The position numbers and the translations under genes were made by a program. From NCBI GenBank assembly GCA_963714015.1, contig OY970223.1, positions 1,728,001-1,792,000 on the forward strand: a stretch of 64,000 bases of DNA, in the 5' to 3' direction. This DNA is from Vulcanimicrobiota bacterium. Lineage in GTDB: Bacteria; Vulcanimicrobiota; Vulcanimicrobiia; Vulcanimicrobiales; Vulcanimicrobiaceae. Under the pieces are notes generated by a model. It saw only the letters and a program-made list of their open reading frames with translations, searched no databases and had not been told where the DNA came from. This document shows positions 8,304 through 16,302 of this stretch, in pieces. The stretch's first letter is position 1; every line of letters begins with the position of its first letter.

Positions 8304-10124
8304 CTAACGAAGCAGCGCCGTCGCCGAGTTCAAAGAAGCTGCTGTGCCGGCCGCGGCGGTGTTCGCGGACTGCGCACTGCCGGACGAGATTGCGCCGCTC
8401 ACCTGCGGAAAAGCTATCGCGGCGTATCCGTTGGACGAATATGCGATGCCGTCCAAAATCCGCACGGCCTGCAATGCTCGCGCATTCTTCGATGGAGCCG
8501 TAACGGCGTCAAAGGATGACGCAGCCTGCTCGAAGGCGTTCACCGCATCTTGCAATCCATGCAGATCGAGCGCCATCCCAGCGGATTTTGCTTGCAGGCT
8601 GAGCGATTTGAGGCCGTCGTCCAAGATGTCGCCGTACGCTTGGAATGAGTACGGGATCGCGGCGGAATCAGCAAGGCGCATTGCCATTATGCCGGCGGTT
8701 CTCGCAATCGCACGATGATGAACGAAGCCGGGATCCGCGATGCGCGACATGTACCCGTAGTCGTCGAAGGACGAATGGTACACGCCGAGCGGACCTTCAT
8801 ATCCGATGTTGACGATTGGCGCGCCCGCACTGTAGATGAAAGCCTCGAAATCGGAACCTCCGCCGGGCGGCCGCGCGCGGAGCAACGTCACACCGTCGAT
8901 TTCTTTTGCCGCCTGCGTCAGCAACGGAATGAGGGCAGCCGCACCTCCCGCACCAAATCGCGGGCCGGACGCCGCCTCGTCCACGTTGACGTAGCCGACG
9001 CAGCCATCACGCAGTTCGGCCAGATGCGCCGAGACGTACGCACGCGATCCAAGTTCGCCCAATTCTTCCGCATCGAAACCAATGATCCGGATCGTCCGCA
9101 GCGGCGTCCAACCTTGTTTGTGGAGCGCTCCCAATCCACGCGCCGTCTCGAGCAGCGAAGCAATCCCCGAGCCGTCGTCGCTCACGCCGTACACCCAAGC
9201 GTCGCGGTGCGCACCTAAGATCACGGTCTGCTGCGGATTCGTCCCGCGGATCTCGCCCACAGTGTTCCAAAGCGTCGCCGGCGTCGCGTTCATCACCACT
9301 TGGAGATGCACCGACGATCGCGTCTGCCCCATGGGATACGCCACAGGCAATGCACCGCTCCATTTTGCCGGCGCCGGCTTCCCGCGCATATCCTGCAGCA
9401 GCCGTTGTGCCGTGATCGACGTTACCGGCAGTGTCGGAATGCGCAAGCGCGCGTCGTTGAACGCTATCGTTCCGCGCTGAACCGATCCGGCCGGTCGATA
9501 AGGCCCGTTGGGATACACCGGTCCTCGGGCAAAGCCGTCGTCTTGCGGATCGGAGTAAAAGATCACGCCTGCGGCGCCTCGATCCTGTGCGCGCTTAGCC
9601 AGATTCCCACGAAATTCGGCTCCGTACCTGACCAGAACGATTTTTCCGCGCACGTCTACGCCGGCCTTGCTAAGCGCGGCGTAATCGGCATCCAAACCCC
9701 GGCTCGCGTAGACCAGCGGAGCGCGAACGTCGCCGTCGCCGCTTCCCGCATTGAACGGGACCCCGGCATCGGCGCGCGAGCCGTCCGGATCGGATGGTAT
9801 CGGCTGTTCGTGCAAATCGAACGTCGTCGCAGGATCGCTCAAAAGCTGCAATTGCAGCGTGCGAGGCGTATAAACGACGGTCCGGAACGTCTCGAGGTGA
9901 GCGTCCATACCGAATTCGCGCAACTTGTCCCGCATGTAAAGCGCGAGCCGCTGGTCCCCCGGCGTTCCGGGGAAGTGCATGCGCTCGTTGATGAAACGCG
10001 CCGTTGCATCGGCTCCTGCAGCGCTTGGAACGGCAAGGAATCGGCTTTCCAGCGATTGCTCCGAAGCGGGGGCCGCAGCAATGAGCGCAACACTCAAACA
10101 TGCGGCGAAGCACGGCGTCTTCAC
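8304..10124 (-). CDS. M28 family peptidase (glutamate carboxypeptidase II-like, PA domain)
   Basis: PA domain (GKIVLVRYG..AAGVIFYSDP), GAHRDAW, DDGSG, DAEELG, GGSDF, YHS. The GTG at 10124 overlaps the upstream stop (GTGA) and is followed by a signal peptide. Confidence 0.9.
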   Translation of the reverse strand: MKTPCFAACLSVALIAAAPASEQSLESRFLAVPSAAGADATARFINERMHFPGTPGDQRLALYMRDKLREFGMDAHLETFRTVVYTPRTLQLQLLSDPATTFDLHEQPIPSDPDGSRADAGVPFNAGSGDGDVRAPLVYASRGLDADYAALSKAGVDVRGKIVLVRYGAEFRGNLAKRAQDRGAAGVIFYSDPQDDGFARGPVYPNGPYRPAGSVQRGTIAFNDARLRIPTLPVTSITAQRLLQDMRGKPAPAKWSGALPVAYPMGQTRSSVHLQVVMNATPATLWNTVGEIRGTNPQQTVILGAHRDAWVYGVSDDGSGIASLLETARGLGALHKQGWTPLRTIRIIGFDAEELGELGSRAYVSAHLAELRDGCVGYVNVDEAASGPRFGAGGAAALIPLLTQAAKEIDGVTLLRARPPGGGSDFEAFIYSAGAPIVNIGYEGPLGVYHSSFDDYGYMSRIADPGFVHHRAIARTAGIMAMRLADSAAIPYSFQAYGDILDDGLKSLSLQAKSAGMALDLHGLQDAVNAFEQAASSFDAVTAPSKNARALQAVRILDGIAYSSNGYAAIAFPQVSGAISSGSAQSANTAAAGTAASLNSATALLR

Positions 10125-10813
10125 AACACACCAAACGTTCGCAGAAATTCCAGTGAGAGCGCCCACGATTGCCGCGCAGCGGAGGGCTCGTAACTCTCCC
10201 GCCGGTCGCAGAAAAAACCGTGACCGGCCTGCGAGAAGACCACCTGTTCGTGCGTTTTCTCTGCGGCGGTCAGCGCGTCTGCGACCGCGCGGTATTGCTC
10301 GGGCGAAATGTGCGAATCCGCACCGCCCCAGAACATGAGCAAAGGCGCGTGTTGACGCTTCGCACGGTCCAGCAAATCGGGCGCGATGCCGCCGCCGTAA
10401 TACGAGATCGCCGCCCGCAGCGGCAAGGCCGCATTCGCAATGTACGATACCCTTCCGCCCATGCAAAAGCCGATCGCCGCAATACGCTGCGCATCGACGC
10501 CGGGTTCGTTCGTGAGCCGCTCGTACGCCGCGGCAGCATCCGCTTCGAGCCCGTCGGGCGTGAGCGCAGCCATATGCGGACGAATCGGTTCGAAGTCGCC
10601 GTACGCCGCTTCAAATCCGGACGCCGTGCGATGAAAAAGTTCGGGGGCGATAGCGGTAATGCCGATCTCCGCGAAACGGTCCGCGACGTCCCGGATGTAG
10701 TCGTTCACCCCGAACGCTTCTTGAAAGACGATGATGCCGGCGCCATTCGCTTTGCCGGGCGCAGCGACATAAGCTTGCATCCGGCTGCCGTCCGAAACAG
10801 GTAGCTCAATCAC
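10121..10813 (-). CDS. Dienelactone hydrolase family protein
   Basis: QEAFGVN, IAPELF, nucleophile motif GFCMGG, YYGG, AGHGFFCD. Confidence 0.93.
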   Translation of the reverse strand: MIELPVSDGSRMQAYVAAPGKANGAGIIVFQEAFGVNDYIRDVADRFAEIGITAIAPELFHRTASGFEAAYGDFEPIRPHMAALTPDGLEADAAAAYERLTNEPGVDAQRIAAIGFCMGGRVSYIANAALPLRAAISYYGGGIAPDLLDRAKRQHAPLLMFWGGADSHISPEQYRAVADALTAAEKTHEQVVFSQAGHGFFCDRRESYEPSAARQSWALSLEFLRTFGVL

Positions 10814-10971
10814 CTTCGTTTCGTACGACCATCGGAACGCAGAGCCCTAGCCGTTGCCGAAGCACGGTCCGTGCCGCTGACACGGCCTCAGCGAGGCGCT
10901 GCTCATCTTCTTTTAACCATGCCGGTTCGTCTTCTCATCAAAGTTGCAGTTTCGAAGCGTAGGCTCGAAAC

Positions 10972-11454
10972 ATGAAAACGCAGATTTTCCGCACCGGACT
11001 TGCGGCGCTCACTTTGGGAGCGGTGCTCGTAACGGCGGCGGGCATACCGGCTAAGGCCGACACGACAACCACTCAGGACATTCTCTACGGGGCCGCCGCT
11101 GCGGTTGCGGGGATCACACTTTACAATGTGGAGCATAAGCAGGCGCTGGCGAGCACGGTGGAAGGCTACTTGCCGAACGGAGCGACCGTGTACGAAGACG
11201 GACGCGTCGTGTCCTCCAACGGACAATCATGGTACCCCGGTAACAGCGGCCAAAGCGTCGCGTGCAGCAACCAGTACTGCACCATCAATGGCGGAAACGG
11301 CAGCTATTACGGTTACAACAACGGCTCCAATAACGGCGGTTATTACGGCTATAACAATAGCGGCAACTATTACGCAAACAACGGCTACGGCTACGCTTAT
11401 AACCAAAGCCAGGCGCGGCGGACGGAAGCCCGGCGGACCATACCCCGGCAGTAG
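10972..11454 (+). CDS. Secreted Gly/Tyr/Asn-rich hypothetical protein
   Basis: Signal peptide ending PAKA, a hydrophobic GAAAAVAGITLY segment, a CSNQYC pair and a YYGYNN-repeat tail. Confidence 0.75.
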   Translation: MKTQIFRTGLAALTLGAVLVTAAGIPAKADTTTTQDILYGAAAAVAGITLYNVEHKQALASTVEGYLPNGATVYEDGRVVSSNGQSWYPGNSGQSVACSNQYCTINGGNGSYYGYNNGSNNGGYYGYNNSGNYYANNGYGYAYNQSQARRTEARRTIPRQ

Positions 11455-11550
11455 GGGAGGGGAGCCGGTCCAGCAGCGGCGGGACGGCGGTCTAAAGCGG
11501 CCGCCGCGCCCGCCGATACTGCATAGGACAACCCATGGAGGGGTTTCACT

Positions 11551-11766
11551 ATGCGCAATTCCAAGCATCTTCCCGAATCGCGGTTCAGAGTCAATTGGGC
11601 CAAGCTCAACAACGAGCTCTTCGGCCGTATCTGCTCCGATCCCGAACTGCGCGCGCAGTACGAACGCGCCGACTGGACGGAAGCCCAAAACATCTGCGCC
11701 GATCAGTTCGACGCTTTGGTATCGTCAGCGTCCGATTTTATCGATCGGTTCGTCGTACTGGAGTAA
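11551..11766 (+). CDS. Small hypothetical protein (71 aa)
   Basis: Strong GGAGG RBS at 11537-11541; globular composition; fills the intergenic gap. Confidence 0.6.
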   Translation: MRNSKHLPESRFRVNWAKLNNELFGRICSDPELRAQYERADWTEAQNICADQFDALVSSASDFIDRFVVLE

Positions 11767-11788
11767 CGAAGCGTCCGGATGCATGTTT

Positions 11789-11815
11789 GGAACGCGCAGG
11801 CAACGGTAAAGCGTT
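11789..11815 (+). promoter_or_regulatory. Putative ECF-sigma promoter GGAAC-N18-CGTT
   Basis: GGAAC at 11789-11793 and CGTT at 11812-11815, upstream of ATG 11840. Confidence 0.4.
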
Positions 11816-11839
11816 ACCTGGTTAGAGGTATAAACAATC

Positions 11840-13804
11840 ATGCATCTCTCCAGGAACATCCTCACTCTAGTGGCAGGAAGCTGCACGGCGCTCGCCGGCA
11901 TGGCGCTCTTTGCTGCACCTGCTTTAGCGCAAGGCGTAGCAGAGGTTAGCGTAGCGAACGGTAACGTCGCGATCGTTCGAGGCGATAGCGGAACTCAAAC
12001 TGCTGCAACCATTAACGCTCCGCTCGTGAGCGGCGATTACTTGGCGACCGGCACGGGTTCAAATGCCGAAGTACAATTTGACGGCATCTCCATGTTGCGA
12101 TTGGCCGCCGACACGCAGGTGCGCTTTGTAAATCTGGCGCCGGGAGCGCGCGAGACGCAACTAGCCGCAGGAACCGCTGAGCTGGCCGAACTGCAAGGCG
12201 CAGACGGAAGTCCCCAAATCGATACGCCTGAACTGAGCGTGCGCCCCGATCAGTCCGGCGACTACCGGGTAACGGTATACGGCAGCGGTGAAACGCTCGT
12301 TACGGTTCGCCGCGGAGCCGCGACGGTTTCAGGCCCGAACGGATCGCAGACATTGACTCCGGGCAGCACGCTGGTCGCCAACGGTCCGTCGTTTAGTCTG
12401 CAGAGTCCGGTCGCGTTCGATGGCTTCGATCAATTCAACGCCAACCGCGACTCAAATGCAGTTGCCGCTTACAATTCCAGTCCCTACCTCTCGCCGCAAC
12501 TAGCGGGATATACCAACTTCGCAAACTACGGTCAATGGCAAAACGTACCCGGTTATGGTTACGCTTGGGCGCCTAGCAATCAGAGTGCCACGAATTTCGT
12601 TCCATACCAAAATGGCCAGTGGACTTGGGAGCCGGGCTACGGCTACACGTGGGTCGACAACTCACCTTACGGGTACGCGACGTCGCATTACGGGACGTGG
12701 TTCAACAATCCGTCGTATGGCGGGTGGCTTTGGCAACCGCCTTCCTATCAATCCCAGAGTACCCCGACGAGCCTTGCATCGGCATGGGTTCCAGCCGTCG
12801 TGTCGTTCTTCTTGGCAAACAACAACGGCGGCAGCGGCATCAGCAACATCCTCGGCAATCTGACCGGCTTCCTCGGCAACTCCGGCGGCGCTATTGGTTG
12901 GATTCCGCTTGCGCCGGGCGAGCAATATCAGCCCTGGTACGGCTCAGGCTATACGTATCCGAACACGACGCTCTCTCCGGTTTCGAACCCCACGAACGTG
13001 TACAACTACTACACCAACGCGCAGTACGGCGGCGCAACGATGGTGCCGCTGAGTACGTTTCGCAGCGGAACGATCACTCGAACGGTGATCGAACGCCCGC
13101 GCACCCGGCAGATCGTGTTGGTTCGGGGAGCAGTTCCGGTCGTACCGACCGCGTCGAACCTGCGATATTCCGGAGCGGTCGCGCATCCTATCGTGCTTGC
13201 ACGCACGTTCCGCGTTTCGAGGTTGGCAGCTAAAGCCGCCGCAATCCCGCACGTAACGTTTCAAGCGCAGCAGATGCGCATTCGCTCGGTCGCCGCAACG
13301 CGTCCGAAGGTCGTGACGCTGGCAGCTCGTCCGTCACGTCCGGCGCATCCCGTATATCACCCGGTCAAACGGGCACGGATTACGGTAACGGCCGTGAAAC
13401 CGGTGGCTCCGAACCGCGCGGTCATACGCCACGCCGCGCCGCATCCGGCAACGGTTCATCGCGCGACGCCGCATCCGGCAACGGTTCATCGTGCAACGCC
13501 CCATCCGGCAACGGTTCATCGTGCAACGCCCCATCCGGCAACGGTTCATCGCGCGACGCCGCATCCGGCACCGGTTCATCACGCAATGCCGCATCCGGCA
13601 GTAGTTCATCGGGCAAGGCCGCATCCGGCACCGGTTTACCACGCAATGCCGCATCCGGCAGTAGTTCATCGGGCAACGCCGCATCCGGCAGTAGTTCATC
13701 GGGCAACGCCGCATCCGGCCGCCGCACGCCCTGCTCCGGCGCGTTCAACGGCCCGACCGGCCGTAAAGGCAACGGCTAAGCCTCAACCAAAACCGACTCC
13801 GTAA
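11840..13804 (+). CDS. Secreted FecR-like/DUF6600-type protein with a basic His/Pro-rich tail
   Basis: Signal peptide; FecR-like beta region (INAPLVSGDYLATG..AEVQFDG); aromatic YGQWQNVPGYGYAWAP / PYQNGQW / HYGTW / WVPAVVSF / IGWIPLAPGE region typical of DUF6600; repeat tail. Confidence 0.82.
   Translation: MHLSRNILTLVAGSCTALAGMALFAAPALAQGVAEVSVANGNVAIVRGDSGTQTAATINAPLVSGDYLATGTGSNAEVQFDGISMLRLAADTQVRFVNLAPGARETQLAAGTAELAELQGADGSPQIDTPELSVRPDQSGDYRVTVYGSGETLVTVRRGAATVSGPNGSQTLTPGSTLVANGPSFSLQSPVAFDGFDQFNANRDSNAVAAYNSSPYLSPQLAGYTNFANYGQWQNVPGYGYAWAPSNQSATNFVPYQNGQWTWEPGYGYTWVDNSPYGYATSHYGTWFNNPSYGGWLWQPPSYQSQSTPTSLASAWVPAVVSFFLANNNGGSGISNILGNLTGFLGNSGGAIGWIPLAPGEQYQPWYGSGYTYPNTTLSPVSNPTNVYNYYTNAQYGGATMVPLSTFRSGTITRTVIERPRTRQIVLVRGAVPVVPTASNLRYSGAVAHPIVLARTFRVSRLAAKAAAIPHVTFQAQQMRIRSVAATRPKVVTLAARPSRPAHPVYHPVKRARITVTAVKPVAPNRAVIRHAAPHPATVHRATPHPATVHRATPHPATVHRATPHPATVHRATPHPAPVHHAMPHPAVVHRARPHPAPVYHAMPHPAVVHRATPHPAVVHRATPHPAAARPAPARSTARPAVKATAKPQPKPTP
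13438..13719 (+). repeat. 30-bp in-frame tandem repeat, 9 full units plus a partial unit
   Basis: Units begin GCC(G/C)CATCCGGC at 13438, 13468, ... 13708 and encode PHPA[TPV]V[HY][RH]A[TMR]. Confidence 0.95.
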
Positions 13805-13818
13805 CAACGGGGGCCGAG

Positions 13819-13858
13819 AAAAGAGGAAGGACCATGACGCCATGGTCCTTCCTCTTTT
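13819..13858. terminator. Bidirectional intrinsic terminator
   Basis: Perfect 18-bp inverted repeat AAAAGAGGAAGGACCATG-acgc-CATGGTCCTTCCTCTTTT between convergent genes. Confidence 0.88.
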
Positions 13859-13877
13859 TGGAACCGCCGGGAGCGTG

Positions 13878-14198
13878 CTACGCGCGTTCGACTACCGGAG
13901 CGATACAAGGAAAAGTGCGCTTCAATCCGGTTACGTCGAGCAGCCTTTGGAGTCTGGAACTTGCGCCCGTGAGTCGAATTGCACCCGGTTGCGATTTGTT
14001 CGCATGGGCTCGTAGCCGGACGAGAAATCTCAGGAAACTGGTATCCGCATATCGTAACTCTGTGACTTCCAAGATGACGGTGCGGCGGGAGGCGATTTGC
14101 GCTTCGATTGCCGCCAACTCAGGGAGACTCGTAACGTCGACGTCGCCTTGAATCGTTACGACACACGGTTCGTTCGCGAGGTTCGTTTCCCACTTCAT
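13878..14198 (-). CDS. STAS domain anti-sigma factor antagonist
   Basis: VVTIQGDVDV..VILEVTELRYADTSFL..LQRLLDVTGL. Start ATG 14198 (MKWETN); the ORF track gives 14216. Confidence 0.85.
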   Translation of the reverse strand: MKWETNLANEPCVVTIQGDVDVTSLPELAAIEAQIASRRTVILEVTELRYADTSFLRFLVRLRAHANKSQPGAIRLTGASSRLQRLLDVTGLKRTFPCIAPVVERA

Positions 14199-14308
14199 GC
14201 CATTACCATACAGCAAGAAGTTGAGAGATTGCTTAGATGTCGTTTTTTCTCATGCTCGTCTAATCGTTTGTCCAGCAAAAGCGCAGACTTGCGCCATAGA
14301 TTGGCATT

Positions 14309-14563
14309 ATGGTCACGCAAGCAGCACACCGCAATACCTTCCCGGTCCGGCTCACACGCTGGGCCGTCGCGGTCGCGTTCGTTCTGCTCGTGGGCAGCGG
14401 TGAAGCCTTCATCGACCGCCGGCCCTCATTTCGACTCGCTCTCTCGGTGGTCAGCGCATTAGCACCGAATATGATTCAGTACGCGTCGGCGGCGCTTTTC
14501 GTTTTTTGCGGAGCCGGCTGGATCGTTTCTGCTACCCCGCCGGCGCGGTATAGCGCTCCTTGA
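14309..14563 (+). CDS. Small membrane protein whose N-terminus resembles the cytochrome b (Ni/Fe-hydrogenase-type) first helix
   Basis: HRNTFPVRLTRWAVAVAFVLLVGSG; two hydrophobic helices; TAGATT-N6-ATG upstream. Confidence 0.45.
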   Translation: MVTQAAHRNTFPVRLTRWAVAVAFVLLVGSGEAFIDRRPSFRLALSVVSALAPNMIQYASAALFVFCGAGWIVSATPPARYSAP

Positions 14564-16214
14564 TGGCCTCGACGATCCTCTGACGGCTTTCGGTGGGCGA
14601 TGCGCATCGAACCGAGGCTGCCGCTTGCGCCAGTTCATCGTCACCGAGCATCTCTCTGAACCAGCGCTCGTAATCGCCGCCGTTTAAGTGGTAGTTCCAG
14701 GTCTCGTCGTCGACGCCGCCCGCGAGATCGACGAACGTTTTCAGATTTGGCGCGCGCAAGTTCAGCTTGCCCGAAGCGCCGCGAAAATAGAAACTCTTCT
14801 CCGGAGCAAGCTCTCCGGCCGCGTACTTGCGGCGGTGGCGGTGGCGCTGTTGCTTGGGTGGAAGAGGTTGGAAGAGACGGACTTCGCCCGAATCGCGCTT
14901 TGCCAGAGCCGCTTGCCCCTCTTCGAGCTGGTTATGCAGCGACACGTCTGGGCCGAAGGCTTCCAAGAGCGTGCGATCCGCATGCTGCCCGACGACGATA
15001 GCTGCGTTAACAGTGGAGAGCAGCGTCCGGGACAACAGCGACGGGTGTACCGTGATCGCCATCATGGAGAAAAGGTCCAAGGGCAGAAGCGCTTCCGTGT
15101 CGCTGTCGCGCGGCAGTAGGTGATGCGCCTCGTCCACGACGATCCAGTGAGGCCGCCCGGTTTGCGCGCGAAGTTTGGTAAGGTGCGGCATCACTTGCGC
15201 GGCGAATCGGCGGCGCTCGTCGATTTCGATGGCGAGAAGATTCACAATGACGCTTTTTCGCGGATCGCGCAAGACCGCTTCAATCTCTTCAGCAGATGGC
15301 GCGTGGCTTGCATCGCCCAGCACGACGGCGCCATCGTACGACTCGTGATCGCCTTCGGGATCCAGAATGCAAACCTGATAGCCGCTTTCCACGAAACGCT
15401 CGATTAAGCCGACCGCCAGCTTCGACTTTCCGCCGCCTGACTCGCCGGCGACCAGCAGCGTTCCATCGAGGTACGGTTCAATCTCGATCGTCTGTTTTCC
15501 GCACTTCCCCAAGCTGATACCGGCGAACCGCCGTCCGGAAGCATCGCGCAAGTCGTTCTCGATTAAGCGGTCGATGAGCTCGCCGACGCCGATCCCATGG
15601 TCACCCGAAGACTGAATGTCGGCCTCATCCTTTACCGAAGGGAGCGCGTTTGCAACGGCCGCAGAGCGCTCGCAAAGTTGCATGAATGCGTGGTCGTTCT
15701 CCGCGTCCCCGACCCCGACGACGTTATGCGGCGACAATAGTAAGCGGTCGAGTGCCGCGCGCAAACCCGTAGCCTTGTTGACGCCGCTCGGCAAAACCAT
15801 CACCGCGCCTTTATTGAAGATGACCTGGAGTTCCAATCCGAGGTCGCGGATTGCGTCGATCGTTGTCGTTTCGTGGGGCTCCCACGTCGCGACGATGACT
15901 TCGCCCGCCTCGAGCGGCGAAACGCCGCGATCCCGCAGCGTGCGCACGAAACTCTCGGGAGGCGGCTGCGCCAGTGGGATGCGCTCGCGCGTTCGCGGTA
16001 CGTAGAGCAGAGCACCGTTTTCGGCAACGATCGCATCGAAAAGGTCGAGCTGTGCAAAGTCCGCTTCCAACGATTCTAGGACTCGACCGGTTACCAGTAT
16101 GACGTAACGCCCCGTTTTTCGCAGCCTGCGAACCGCGTCGACGGCGTGGTCGCGAACCCGCGCGTTGTGGGCCAGCGTGCCGTCAAAGTCTGTGGCCAGG
16201 GCCAAATAGCGCAT
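14532..16214 (-). CDS. HAD-IIB (Cof-like) phosphatase fused to a P-loop ATPase (DUF87/HerA-like) and a small C-terminal domain
   Basis: ATDFDGTL, LVTGR, AENGA, GVNKATG, GVGDAEND; Walker A GESGGGKS, LDPEGD, Walker B VVDEAHH. Confidence 0.9.
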   Translation of the reverse strand: MRYLALATDFDGTLAHNARVRDHAVDAVRRLRKTGRYVILVTGRVLESLEADFAQLDLFDAIVAENGALLYVPRTRERIPLAQPPPESFVRTLRDRGVSPLEAGEVIVATWEPHETTTIDAIRDLGLELQVIFNKGAVMVLPSGVNKATGLRAALDRLLLSPHNVVGVGDAENDHAFMQLCERSAAVANALPSVKDEADIQSSGDHGIGVGELIDRLIENDLRDASGRRFAGISLGKCGKQTIEIEPYLDGTLLVAGESGGGKSKLAVGLIERFVESGYQVCILDPEGDHESYDGAVVLGDASHAPSAEEIEAVLRDPRKSVIVNLLAIEIDERRRFAAQVMPHLTKLRAQTGRPHWIVVDEAHHLLPRDSDTEALLPLDLFSMMAITVHPSLLSRTLLSTVNAAIVVGQHADRTLLEAFGPDVSLHNQLEEGQAALAKRDSGEVRLFQPLPPKQQRHRHRRKYAAGELAPEKSFYFRGASGKLNLRAPNLKTFVDLAGGVDDETWNYHLNGGDYERWFREMLGDDELAQAAASVRCASPTESRQRIVEAIKERYTAPAG

Positions 16215-16302
16215 GCCCTGTTCTTCCCCCCGGGAGGATGCCGAAGTGTAATGAAGGCTACAATGGGCGAAATCTTGGGGTGCTGCGGCCGATAGGATAG
16301 AG

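Noticed and set aside
13438..13719. Regular 30-bp repeats as a possible CRISPR array
   Set aside because: Units are contiguous with no unique spacers, preserve the reading frame inside a CDS, and no cas genes are present.
13334..13772. Antisense repeat ORFs (MRRCPMNYCR.. / LPDAALPDE..)
   Set aside because: They are shadows of the tandem repeat in the plus-strand gene.
14532..16214. HerA-type anti-phage defence system
   Set aside because: No nuclease, SIR2 or other effector partner is adjacent, and there is no defence-island or mobile-element context.
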